A DNA stretch of 61,212 nucleotides, from contig DAORKJ010000006.1 of assembly GCA_035439505.1 (NCBI GenBank), forward strand, positions 1 through 61,212, written 5' to 3'. The notes below the pieces were generated by a model. It did no database searches, was not told where the DNA came from, and saw nothing but the letters and a program-made list of their open reading frames with translations. This stretch comes from Chitinophagales bacterium. Lineage in GTDB: Bacteria > Bacteroidota > Bacteroidia > Chitinophagales > BACL12. This document shows, in pieces, positions 18,743 to 27,907 of this stretch. Positions within the stretch are counted from its first letter, which is position 1; each line of letters begins with the position of its first letter. A program made the translations under genes and the position numbers.

Positions 18743-19336
18743 ATGAATACAGACTTTAAAGACGCAATGTCAAAACGAACTGACGAGGATCTTATTAAAA
18801 TAGTCTTTGTTGACAGAGATGCCTATCAACCTATGGCAATTGAAGCTGCTGAGGAAGAAATCAAAAAACGTAACATTGACATGACAAAAATTGAGCAAGT
18901 AAAAGTCGACCTGAAAGCAAAAATTGAGGAACAAAAGGAGATCGACTCTAAAAAGCTGAGTGCATTGACTAGGTTTATACACTTCATTGTTGACACAATT
19001 GCGTTTATAATTTTTACAATGATTTTTACTTTCGTAATTGGACTTTTTATAAATCCGACAGACCAAAATTTAAAGATAATTTTGCGTTATTTAATGTTTG
19101 CAACAGGCTTCATTGTATATTATGTTTTTATGGAAACTAAGTATCAAAAGACAATTGGAAAGTTTATAACTAATACAAAAGTTGTAAATAATAATGGGAC
19201 AAAGCCAGAGCTTGGAGACATTGTGAGAAGAACGTTTTGCCGTCTTATCCCATTTGACCAAATTTCATTTCTGTTTACACCAAATGGTTTTCACGACAGA
19301 CTTTCTGACACAACAGTAATTAAAGATAAAAACTAA
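18743..19336 (+). CDS. RDD family membrane protein, probably horizontally acquired
   Basis: TRFIHFIVD, QKTIGKFITNTKVV, RRTFCRLIPFD, FHDRLSDTTV; 13 of 16 Asp codons are GAC whereas neighbours prefer GAT. Confidence 0.9.
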   Translation: MNTDFKDAMSKRTDEDLIKIVFVDRDAYQPMAIEAAEEEIKKRNIDMTKIEQVKVDLKAKIEEQKEIDSKKLSALTRFIHFIVDTIAFIIFTMIFTFVIGLFINPTDQNLKIILRYLMFATGFIVYYVFMETKYQKTIGKFITNTKVVNNNGTKPELGDIVRRTFCRLIPFDQISFLFTPNGFHDRLSDTTVIKDKN

Positions 19337-19399
19337 CAAAAACAAAGAAACACAGCTTATAACACGTTTTGGCAAAAGTGACGGTTCTGTGCCCCGCAG

Positions 19400-19568
19400 A
19401 AAAAATTCAAATCGAAGACATTTATTCTTACAACATTTTAGCCAAATTGCAGATATTGCATTTGACGAAACCGGAGTTGCTAAAATAAAAGACTTAATGC
19501 CGGGAATATATTTCACCCAGCTAACTACAAAAACCGCAACAATTGTAAAAAAATGGATTTAGGAGTAA
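19400..19568 (+). pseudogene. Remnant 3' end of a T9SS type A cargo gene
   Basis: Reads KIQIEDIYSYNIL[G, -1 frameshift]QIADIAFDETGVAKIKDLMPGIYFTQLTTKTATIVKKWI*E*, a CTD pattern with an internal TAG. Confidence 0.6.
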
Positions 19569-19676
19569 GGTGAAAACGAAAAAAGAGAGATGGTGGTTTG
19601 GGTGAAGGAGTGAGTATTGATATTTGAATTGCATGCGTACTTACAATTTATAATTAAGGACACCTATGAAGCAATG
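19569..19676 (+). pseudogene. Remnant 3' end and downstream flank of a third paralogue of the MopE-repeat T9SS genes
   Basis: GAGAGATGGTGGTTTGGGTGAAGGAGTGAG is identical to the end of 19913..22048; the flank matches about 24296-24316 and 24501-24537. Confidence 0.75.
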
Positions 19677-19912
19677 CATTTCATTAACCCAAAAACCCTC
19701 CAATTGTCCGAGCAGGATACGTGCATCAATTAAAAATTTAATATTATTCACAACTTTGTGATAAATCGAAGCAAAAAATTAACTGTGTAAACCGTTCTAA
19801 TACAACCTATGAATTGTCTTGATTGCCGCAGGGATTTGATGGTTCTTCTATTTTGGTAATGGGTCTTTTTCACCTAACTTTTAATTATTATCTTAGTATC
19901 TTGATAATATCC

Positions 19913-22048
19913 ATGAAAATTTATTGCACAATACTATTTATTGCAGTTGTAAAAATTATTCAAGCACAAGCTCCAGAAATTCAGTGGTCTAAATCTTTTG
20001 GTGGAAGTAACCAAGAGGATTTATCCGCAATTGTACAATGTTTAGACGATGGGTATGCAGCTATAGGTGGAACGTATTCTAATGATTTGGATGTAATTGG
20101 ACAACACGGGAACCAAGACATTTGGTTAATTAAACTAGATGAACTTGGAGTTTTAACATGGTCGAAATGTTATGGTGGAACAAATTCAGACTATGGTTAT
20201 GATATAATACAGACAAAGGATACGGGTTTTGCAATTATTGGCAATACTTTTTCAAACTCAGGTGACATAACTGAAAATAAAGGTTTGAATGATGTGTGGA
20301 TTATTAAAACCGATTCCATGGGTAATATGCAGTGGCAAAAAACTTATGGTGGCTCTAGTGCCGATATTGGAAGGTCAATCGAACAAACACTTGATGGTGG
20401 TTATATTTTTTCTGGGTATACGGCATCAGAAGATTTTGATGTTACTTCAAACAATGGTTTTTCGGATTATTGGGTTGTAAAAATTGATTCCGTTGGAGGC
20501 ATTCAATGGCAAAGGACTTATGGTGGCTCAAGTGTTGATCAATCTAGAAGCATAATTTCAACTTCTGAAAATGAATATATTGTTGTAGGCTATAGTAAGT
20601 CTAGCGATTATGATGTTACAGAAAATAAAGGTGAATGGGATTATTGGGTTTTAAAATTGAATAACTCCGGCGATATTATTTGGGAAAAGTCCTTTGGCGG
20701 AACAAATTTTGAAGAAGCAGTTTCTGTAGATTTATTAAACAACGGGAATATTGTTGTCGGCGGATATACTCAATCATCTGATGGTGATATAATTGACTAT
20801 CGTGGTGGGCTTTATGATTATTGGATTTTATGTTTAGATACTGCTGGTAATTCAATTTGGAGAAAATGTTTTGGTGGTTCAAAGACAGACATTTGCAGCT
20901 CAGTCTCAATTTCTACCGATAATAAAATTCTCTTAAATGGTTATTCAGGTTCGGATGATTTAGATGTATCTGGACACCACGGTGAGTTGGTTTATTCAGA
21001 CTTTTGGGTAGTAAATTTAGACTCAAATGGTTTACTTCAATGGGAGAAGTCTCTTGGCGGAACACTAAGCGATCAAGGCAATACAATTATTAACACAAAC
21101 GATAATAGCTTAGTTGTAGCAGGTTGGGCAGAATCAATAGATGGAGATTTAGCGTTGAATTATGGTTTTTGGGATTCTTGGGTCATTAAACTTGAGCCTC
21201 CTTGTAACCTCATTATGTGGTATGCCGATGCTGATTTAGATGGATTTGGTGATTTGAATTCAGATTCTTTAAGTTGTGATATGCCGATAGGGTATATCTT
21301 AGATAGCACAGATTGTGACGATTTAAATTTTGATGTTAATCCAGTAAAAGATGAATTATGCAACGGCATTGATGATAATTGTAATATTGAAATTGATGAA
21401 GGGTTAACCATTTATACATTTTATATAGATGTGGATGGTGACACCTATGGTAATCCTGATGCGTCAATTGATACTTGTATTGAAACAATTATCGGATATG
21501 TAAATAATAACCTTGATTGCAACGACACAATTGCTGGTATATATCCCGGAGCTATTGAACTCTGTAATTATTTAGATGATGATTGTGATGGAATAACCGA
21601 TGATAATTTAACTTACCTTTTATCCTATCAAGATAATGACGATGATGATTTTGGCAATCCATTAATGGATTCACTTTCATGTGGATTACCACTTGGTTAT
21701 GTGGTAAATAATACTGATTGTGATGACACGAATGCTGAAATTTACCCAGGAGCTAATGAAACATTAAACGGCCTCGACGACGATTGCGACCAAATTGCTG
21801 ATGAAGGTTTAGCTGTGAATGATATTGTAAAAAACACCATTCACATTTTCCCTAACCCTGTAAATACTATTTTATTTATTCAATCGGATGTGACACAAAA
21901 TATTACCATTGTAAATCAATTGGGTGAAGAAATATTACACACAAATTTATTTATCGGATTAAATACGATTTCAGTAGCCGATTTTGCAAGTGGTATGTAT
22001 TGGGTGAAAGCGGAAAATGGAGAGATGGTGGTTTGGGTGAAGGAGTGA
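19913..22048 (+). CDS. T9SS type A cargo: beta-propeller-like W.K.(F/Y)GGS repeats + MopE-related metal-binding repeats + CTD
   Basis: Signal peptide MKIYCTILF..QAQ; repeated WxKxYGG; YxDxDxDGFG..DCDD..ELCNxxDDxC repeats; IFPNP..NQLGE..GMYWV CTD. Confidence 0.9.
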   Translation: MKIYCTILFIAVVKIIQAQAPEIQWSKSFGGSNQEDLSAIVQCLDDGYAAIGGTYSNDLDVIGQHGNQDIWLIKLDELGVLTWSKCYGGTNSDYGYDIIQTKDTGFAIIGNTFSNSGDITENKGLNDVWIIKTDSMGNMQWQKTYGGSSADIGRSIEQTLDGGYIFSGYTASEDFDVTSNNGFSDYWVVKIDSVGGIQWQRTYGGSSVDQSRSIISTSENEYIVVGYSKSSDYDVTENKGEWDYWVLKLNNSGDIIWEKSFGGTNFEEAVSVDLLNNGNIVVGGYTQSSDGDIIDYRGGLYDYWILCLDTAGNSIWRKCFGGSKTDICSSVSISTDNKILLNGYSGSDDLDVSGHHGELVYSDFWVVNLDSNGLLQWEKSLGGTLSDQGNTIINTNDNSLVVAGWAESIDGDLALNYGFWDSWVIKLEPPCNLIMWYADADLDGFGDLNSDSLSCDMPIGYILDSTDCDDLNFDVNPVKDELCNGIDDNCNIEIDEGLTIYTFYIDVDGDTYGNPDASIDTCIETIIGYVNNNLDCNDTIAGIYPGAIELCNYLDDDCDGITDDNLTYLLSYQDNDDDDFGNPLMDSLSCGLPLGYVVNNTDCDDTNAEIYPGANETLNGLDDDCDQIADEGLAVNDIVKNTIHIFPNPVNTILFIQSDVTQNITIVNQLGEEILHTNLFIGLNTISVADFASGMYWVKAENGEMVVWVKE
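21539..22048 (+). repeat. 510-bp direct repeat, copy 1 (shared 3' end)
   Basis: Matches 23785-24294 with 4 substitutions by eye, all in the last ~80 bp. Confidence 0.95.
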
Positions 22049-22167
22049 GATCGGAAATATTAAAATTGTAAAAACCAAGCCCTGTCCGAGAAGAGTCTTG
22101 CCTGCGATTGTTATTATTAAACTCTATGCAAAGTATTCGCTACCTTAGATGTCCCGACAAAATATAC

Positions 22168-24294
22168 ATGAAATCACTAATTTTTATCTACACCTTAATT
22201 TTTGTTGTGCAGGAAACATTTGCACAGTCCCCTGAAATAATATGGGAACATGGATACGGTGGAAATCATGATGACCGTGGATATGAAGTATTAGAAACTT
22301 TAGATGGCGGTTTTTTAATGGTTGGACAAGAACAATCAATTGATGGTGATATTATTGATAACCATGGACTAGATGATGTATATGTTGTAAAGACAGATAT
22401 AAATGGAGAAATTATTTGGAGTAGAGCATATGGTGGAAGTGATTATGATTATGGTAAGGCAGCTTGTTTGGCTCAGGATGGTGGGTACATAATTGCTGGA
22501 AATAGTGGCTCCATGGATGGTAATCTCACAGGAAATAATGGTTTTAAGGATTTATGGGTATTTAAATTAGATGATTTAGGTGATTTTGTATGGCAATTTA
22601 ATTATGGGGGTTCACATAATGAAGGTATAAAATCAATAATACCAACAAGTGATGGTGGTTATCTCGGTGTAGGAACCTCCCAATCGAATGATGGTGATGT
22701 AATTGGACATTATGGTGATTATGGAGAGCCGGATATATGGGTTGTCAAGTTTGATTTGACTGGGAATATGCTTTGGAATAAATGTTTTGGCTCGTCTGAG
22801 TTCGATTATGTAGAAGGTGCCATCGAAACGCAGGATGGCAATTATATTTTCGTTGGACATTCAGAGGGTTATGATGGTGATATCGACATTACTTATGGCG
22901 ATTACGACGTTGTTTTAATGAAAATATCACCCGAAGGTGAACTCATTTGGAGTAAAAATTATGGTGGGTCTTGGCCTGATTATGGTGCATCGGTGATTGA
23001 ATTATCAAATGGACAACTTATGGTTCTATCGGAAACACAATCCGATGACGGATTAGTTGAAGGATATTACGGTGCAACAGATATATGGTTATTTAAAACT
23101 GATGCAAATGGAAATTTCATTTGGGGAGAAGTCTACGGCGGAATAGGGATTGAGAACACTTATGACTTAATTGCTTATACAGATAATCAATTTATTATCG
23201 CATCAGTTGCAAATTTTGTGAATGGAGATGTCGAATTTACACATGGAGGTAATGATTTTTGGATATTAGGAGTTGATAGTTTAGGCGAAATATTATGGCA
23301 AAAATCAATGGGAGGTTCACTAATTGATCTGCCTTATTCTATTAAAAAAATTAATGACGATGAAATTATAATATCAGGATATTCAAATTCAATTGACTAT
23401 GACGTAACACCAACGTATGGTTCCCTCAATGTTTGGACAGTAAAGCTTGGTTTTTGTACTACAAGATATTACGCTGATACTGATGGCGATGGTTTTGGTG
23501 ATATTTCATTTGACACATTAGCTTGCGAAGCCCCATTAGATTATGTTTTAGATTCCACCGATTGCAACGATTTAAATCCCGAAATCCATCCCACATTAAC
23601 AGATATTTGTAATTCCATCGATGATAATTGTAATGGATTAACAGACGAGGATGCAACATTTGTAACCTATTTTGCAGATAATGATGGTGATACTTTTGGT
23701 GATGTATTAAATGATTCATCTGCATGTAATGAATTAACTGGTTATGTTTTAGATAATACCGATTGCAATGATACCAATAATGTAATATATCCCGGAGCTA
23801 TTGAACTCTGTAATTATTTAGATGATGATTGTGATGGAATAACCGATGATAATTTAACTTACCTTTTATCCTATCAAGATAATGACGATGATGATTTTGG
23901 CAATCCATTAATGGATTCACTTTCATGTGGATTACCACTTGGTTATGTGGTAAATAATACTGATTGTGATGACACGAATGCTGAAATTTACCCAGGAGCT
24001 AATGAAACATTAAACGGCCTCGACGACGATTGCGACCAAATTGCTGATGAAGGTTTAGCTGTGAATGATATTGTAAAAAACACCATTCACATTTTCCCTA
24101 ACCCTGTAAATACTATTTTATTTATTCAATCGGATGTGACACAAAATATTACCATTGTAAATCAATTGGGTGAAGAAATATTACACACAAATTTATTTAT
24201 CGGATTAAATACGATTTCGGTAGCCGATTTTGCGAGTGGTATGTATTGGGTGAAAGCGGAAAATGGAGAGATAGTGGTTTGGGTGAAGGAGTAA
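22168..24294 (+). CDS. Paralogous T9SS type A cargo with MopE-related repeats
   Basis: Same architecture as the upstream gene; signal peptide MKSLIFIY..TFAQ; divergent N-terminal propeller, near-identical C-terminus. Confidence 0.9.
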   Translation: MKSLIFIYTLIFVVQETFAQSPEIIWEHGYGGNHDDRGYEVLETLDGGFLMVGQEQSIDGDIIDNHGLDDVYVVKTDINGEIIWSRAYGGSDYDYGKAACLAQDGGYIIAGNSGSMDGNLTGNNGFKDLWVFKLDDLGDFVWQFNYGGSHNEGIKSIIPTSDGGYLGVGTSQSNDGDVIGHYGDYGEPDIWVVKFDLTGNMLWNKCFGSSEFDYVEGAIETQDGNYIFVGHSEGYDGDIDITYGDYDVVLMKISPEGELIWSKNYGGSWPDYGASVIELSNGQLMVLSETQSDDGLVEGYYGATDIWLFKTDANGNFIWGEVYGGIGIENTYDLIAYTDNQFIIASVANFVNGDVEFTHGGNDFWILGVDSLGEILWQKSMGGSLIDLPYSIKKINDDEIIISGYSNSIDYDVTPTYGSLNVWTVKLGFCTTRYYADTDGDGFGDISFDTLACEAPLDYVLDSTDCNDLNPEIHPTLTDICNSIDDNCNGLTDEDATFVTYFADNDGDTFGDVLNDSSACNELTGYVLDNTDCNDTNNVIYPGAIELCNYLDDDCDGITDDNLTYLLSYQDNDDDDFGNPLMDSLSCGLPLGYVVNNTDCDDTNAEIYPGANETLNGLDDDCDQIADEGLAVNDIVKNTIHIFPNPVNTILFIQSDVTQNITIVNQLGEEILHTNLFIGLNTISVADFASGMYWVKAENGEIVVWVKE
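23785..24294 (+). repeat. 510-bp direct repeat, copy 2
   Basis: Constant offset of 2246 bp from copy 1. Confidence 0.95.
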
Positions 24295-24338
24295 GCATCG
24301 ATATTTGAATTGCATTTCTCCTATGCCATCGCAAATAT

Positions 24339-24523
24339 TCGAGGCTTGTATAGGCGGATGCAATTCGCCCCTACAAACCTCGACCATTTGCTCAATTTAT
24401 TTTAAAAATATCATTTTAGTTGAAGGCATAACGCTTTTTAATTTCATTTTTTCTACAATCTGTCCTCGATTATAAATTGTAGGGGCGAATTGCATCCGCC
24501 CTTACAATTTATAATTGAGGACA
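24339..24523. repeat. Inverted pair of GTAG-type REP elements (REPIN-like doublet)
   Basis: GGCGGATGCAATTCGCCCCTAC (24353-24374) and GTAGGGGCGAATTGCATCCGCC (24479-24500), each inside its own longer hairpin. Confidence 0.75.
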
Positions 24524-24641
24524 CCTACGAAGCGATGATTGTCGTTTACAAGCAAGTAGGCCGTTTTAAATTTATTCATTTAATATACTCATAGTATCTT
24601 TTTTTATATATTTTTATACCATTATCGTAAATAGCTTTAAC

Positions 24642-25619
24642 TTGAAAATTAAATATTGGAGATTAATTATTTGGAATCGTGGTTTAGTCATTCTACTCCT
24701 CTCGTCATTCGTTTGGTCATGCAAACCTGATGAACAAATCATAATTGATGATGATCCGTGTTTTTTTCCTGATATTGATTTTGGTATAAATGGCCCAATT
24801 GCCGATTATGCAGCAATTCAGTATTTAAAACCTTGTTTTAATCCATCTAATGAAAATGAAATTGTATATATCGAAGAACAACCAACCTCGGGAATTTCAC
24901 GCCTTTGTGTATTAAACATTGTTGACCTTACAATTTCATATATACAAGACAATGTATCGGGATCACCCAAATGGAGTAAAACAGACTGGATAATATTTAA
25001 TAAAGATGAAGATATATGGAAAATCAAACCTGATGGTGATAGTTTAACATTACTTTTTTCAAACGGGACTAATTATTCGCCGGAAGTTAATCCACGTGGT
25101 GATAAAATTATTTTTAAATATCAATTAGATAATTATATCGCAATTAAAATCTCTGATCTAAATGGAAATGTAATTGATAGTTTAGAAGACCAAGCTCTAT
25201 ATTGTCCAAGTTGGTCACCTGATGGGACAAAAATTTCAATGAGAAGAGCTGGTGAGCCATCTTCCTTTGGTTACTACGATACTACTTTAACTACATTCAG
25301 TCCTATCATCACAAATACTTCAGGTTCTCCTTTTGACATGATTAGTGATACAAGATGGTTTCCTGATTCAGAACACATTTTTTGGTTTGGCTCCGGATTT
25401 TACAGTATCACTAACATCACAACTATGGAGACCGAAATATTTCGTGATTATTGCCCTAAAAATTCCTTATTATATCCAAATTTCTCTTCGGCATTAGATA
25501 TAATCATTTGGGAAAAAAACACCATTAAATTATTAGAAAATAATTCAGGCTACATTATTTCCACTTCAATTGTCATGACTGATTTAGATGGCGCTAACGA
25601 AGTAGTTTTGTTGGAATAA
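24642..25619 (+). CDS. TolB-like (PD40 repeat) beta-propeller lipoprotein
   Basis: Lipobox FVWSC; repeats PCFNPSN, PKWSK, PEVNPRGDKI, PSWSPDGTKI, RWFPDS, PNFSS. Confidence 0.8.
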   Translation: MKIKYWRLIIWNRGLVILLLSSFVWSCKPDEQIIIDDDPCFFPDIDFGINGPIADYAAIQYLKPCFNPSNENEIVYIEEQPTSGISRLCVLNIVDLTISYIQDNVSGSPKWSKTDWIIFNKDEDIWKIKPDGDSLTLLFSNGTNYSPEVNPRGDKIIFKYQLDNYIAIKISDLNGNVIDSLEDQALYCPSWSPDGTKISMRRAGEPSSFGYYDTTLTTFSPIITNTSGSPFDMISDTRWFPDSEHIFWFGSGFYSITNITTMETEIFRDYCPKNSLLYPNFSSALDIIIWEKNTIKLLENNSGYIISTSIVMTDLDGANEVVLLE

Positions 25620-25694
25620 AATTATTACACTAGAAATCAAGATGATATTTTGTCTATGTATTAAAATTTGCTCAAACTTGTTCAATCAAAAAAT

Positions 25695-25722
25695 AAAAAA
25701 CCCGTTGAGTAATCAACGGGTT
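25695..25722 (-). terminator. Intrinsic terminator of the pirin-YceI transcript
   Basis: AACCCGTTGA-GTAA-TCAACGGGTT with an A-run on its left. Confidence 0.8.
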
Positions 25723-25758
25723 CAAATATCATCAATCTTTTAAATCGACGCCACAGCC

Positions 25759-26310
25759 TCACTTCACCTCTACCAACTGTATCTCACAATTAATTCTAAC
25801 ATCTTCACTCACCAATACACCACCTGTTTCCAAAGCGGCATTCCAGTTTAATTTAAAATCGGTACGGTTAATTTTTCCGTTAATGGTAAATCCGGCTTTA
25901 GCATTTCCCCAAGGGTCTTTCATTACACCACCAAATTCAACATCCAGTTTAATGTTTTTTGTTACGTCGCGGATGGTTAAATCGCCGTATAATTCGTAGC
26001 TGCCATCACTGTCTACATTTTCAAATTTTGTCGGTTTGAAAGTAATTGCAGGATATGCCTCTGCATTAAAAAAATCATCGCTGCGTAAATGGGTGTCGCG
26101 ACCTTCGTTGCGGGTGTTTACGCTTGCAGTTTCTGCTGCAAATGCAATTACTGCAGTCATAAAATCTTCACCTTGTGTTGTTACGTCAATGGTGTATTTT
26201 TCGAATTCACCACGAACGGTTGTCATCATTAAGTGTTTTACACTAAATCCGATAGTTGAATGGGTTGGATCTACCACCCAGTTTCTTGTTGTTGTAGTTG
26301 CTGTACTCAT
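25759..26310 (-). CDS. YceI family protein
   Basis: WVVDPTHSTIGFSVKH, RDTHLRSDDFF, GDLTIRDVTK, DPWGN, INRTDF. Confidence 0.95.
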   Translation of the reverse strand: MSTATTTTRNWVVDPTHSTIGFSVKHLMMTTVRGEFEKYTIDVTTQGEDFMTAVIAFAAETASVNTRNEGRDTHLRSDDFFNAEAYPAITFKPTKFENVDSDGSYELYGDLTIRDVTKNIKLDVEFGGVMKDPWGNAKAGFTINGKINRTDFKLNWNAALETGGVLVSEDVRINCEIQLVEVK

Positions 26311-26323
26311 TTTATGTATTTGT

Positions 26324-27046
26324 TTAATTTAATTTCATTGGAACTTCCATAACCAATATCTCCGTGTTTGGTTCATTGGAAGTTATTTTTAAAGATGTAA
26401 TATCCCATACACCATATCCGTCGCGTTTATTTAATAATTGTTCATCAATTTTTACGGAGCCGTTTAATACAAAAAAATAAACGCCGTTGTTTTTATCATT
26501 TAAGGTATAATCTGTAACAATGCCATTATCAAATTTGCCTAAATAAAACCATGCATTTTGATGTATCCACACACCGGCATCATCCGGATTAGGTGATAAT
26601 ATTTGTTGTAGTTTATTTTTACTGTCAGCCTCGTTTAATGTAATTTGATCGTAACGCGGCGCCACATTTTTTTTATTCGGGAACACCCATATTTGTAAAA
26701 ATTTTACGGGTTTGTCGCTGTTTTTATTGTATTCGCTATGCGTAACGCCGGTTCCTGCACTCATCACCTGAATATCGCCCGAACGGATTACCGTTTTATT
26801 ACCCATACTATCCTGATGTTCCAAATCGCCTTCCAGCGGAATGGAAATAATTTCCATATTGTCGTGCGGATGTTTGCCAAAGCCCATACCAGCCGCAACG
26901 GTATCGTCGTTAAGCACCCTTAACACACCAAAATTCACCCGTTCAGGATTATAATATTGAGCAAAACTGAACGTATGATAAGAGTCCAGCCAACCGTGGT
27001 TAGCGTGCCCTCTTGTGTTTGCCGTATGTAATACAACATTTTTCAT
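26324..27046 (-). CDS. Pirin family protein (YhhW-like)
   Basis: RGHANHGWLDSYHTFSF, GFGKHPHDNMEI, HQDSMGN, MSAGTGVTHSE, LQIW; start ATG 27046. Confidence 0.95.
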   Translation of the reverse strand: MKNVVLHTANTRGHANHGWLDSYHTFSFAQYYNPERVNFGVLRVLNDDTVAAGMGFGKHPHDNMEIISIPLEGDLEHQDSMGNKTVIRSGDIQVMSAGTGVTHSEYNKNSDKPVKFLQIWVFPNKKNVAPRYDQITLNEADSKNKLQQILSPNPDDAGVWIHQNAWFYLGKFDNGIVTDYTLNDKNNGVYFFVLNGSVKIDEQLLNKRDGYGVWDITSLKITSNEPNTEILVMEVPMKLN

Positions 27047-27092
27047 AACGTTTCCTTTTTTGATTACGCTGTGCGAATATCGCAAATTTCAG

Positions 27093-27120
27093 CAATTTGT
27101 ATGTATATACATATAAATTG
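27093..27120. promoter_or_regulatory. 28-bp palindromic operator upstream of pirin-YceI
   Basis: CAATTTGTATGTATATACATATAAATTG has one mismatched pair and lies in the promoter region. Confidence 0.6.
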
Positions 27121-27172
27121 CCCACAAAGTTCATTAAAACCAAAAAACACGCATTTTTATTCGCCCCGCCCC

Positions 27173-27201
27173 GTGGGGGCGGATGATTATCCGCCCCAAC
27201 A
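27173..27201. repeat. REP-like palindrome
   Basis: GTGGGGGCGGAT-GATT-ATCCGCCCCAAC shares GGCGGATG with the 24.4 kb and 43.6 kb REPs. Confidence 0.6.
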
Positions 27202-27211
27202 CATTTAAACA

Positions 27212-27631
27212 TTACAAATAAAATTTTTTCAAAAAATCATTCGCATTCACCACCGGCACCACGGCATTTTTAAAATCCTTCGGATTGCGTGTAATAATGG
27301 CATCGGTGAATTCAGTTTTTGTTGCAGCGTTATGTAGTAGTGCTTCTTCCAATTCAGTGAAGTTGGAATTAAATGCCATTAAAATATCTTGTTTATTTAT
27401 TTCAATAATTTCTACAATATGTAACAATTGTTGTAAATGTTCTACGGCTTTTACTTTACCTATTTCTTTACGCAAAAAATAATAACAGGTAATAATACTT
27501 TGTGTGCTGACAAATGCTTCCAGTTTTTTATTTTCACATAATACCAATACCTGTTCAGCATAATCGCCAAAAGGTTTTCTCCCGAAATAAAAATCGAGCA
27601 AAATATCCGTATCAATAAAAACGGTTTTCAA
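27212..27631 (-). CDS. PIN domain protein (VapC-like toxin)
   Basis: VFIDTDILLD start and IITRNPKDF end; start overlaps the stop of the upstream antitoxin gene. Confidence 0.88.
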   Translation of the reverse strand: MKTVFIDTDILLDFYFGRKPFGDYAEQVLVLCENKKLEAFVSTQSIITCYYFLRKEIGKVKAVEHLQQLLHIVEIIEINKQDILMAFNSNFTELEEALLHNAATKTEFTDAIITRNPKDFKNAVVPVVNANDFLKKFYL

Positions 27632-27879
27632 CGAGCGGGTTTATCTTCTTTATTTTTAATTAATTCTTTGTAAGTAATTTGTTCAGGATATTTCCATTTA
27701 ATGATACCTTTCGATAATACAATAGTTGGCGATTTTTTTTCTGATGTATCATTTATTTCATACAAGCGTTCAATGTATTCTTCAAACAAAGCAGAAACCG
27801 AACGTTTTTGATTACGACTAATGGAACGTGCTTTTTTAATCACGTTTTTATCGATGCTTAAAGTGAGTTTTGTTTTCAT
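27628..27879 (-). CDS. DUF6364-like ribbon-helix-helix antitoxin
   Basis: MKTKLTLSIDKNVIKKAR..RSVSALFEEY; translationally coupled to the PIN gene. Confidence 0.85.
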   Translation of the reverse strand: MKTKLTLSIDKNVIKKARSISRNQKRSVSALFEEYIERLYEINDTSEKKSPTIVLSKGIIKWKYPEQITYKELIKNKEDKPAR

Positions 27880-27880
27880 T

Positions 27881-27907
27881 ATACGTATGAAAAATAAAGA
27901 TACGTAT
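27881..27907. promoter_or_regulatory. Tandem ATACGTAT palindromes, probable TA autoregulatory operator
   Basis: ATACGTAT at 27881-27888 and 27900-27907 directly upstream of the antitoxin ATG. Confidence 0.55.

Noticed and set aside
19555..19568. Stop-codon readthrough at the TAG in the CTD fragment
   Set aside because: The fragment also has a frameshift and no start, so decay is the simpler explanation
21539..24294. Diversity-generating retroelement TR/VR pair
   Set aside because: Both copies are coding gene ends, the four differences have A in either copy rather than only in one template, and no reverse transcriptase is in the window
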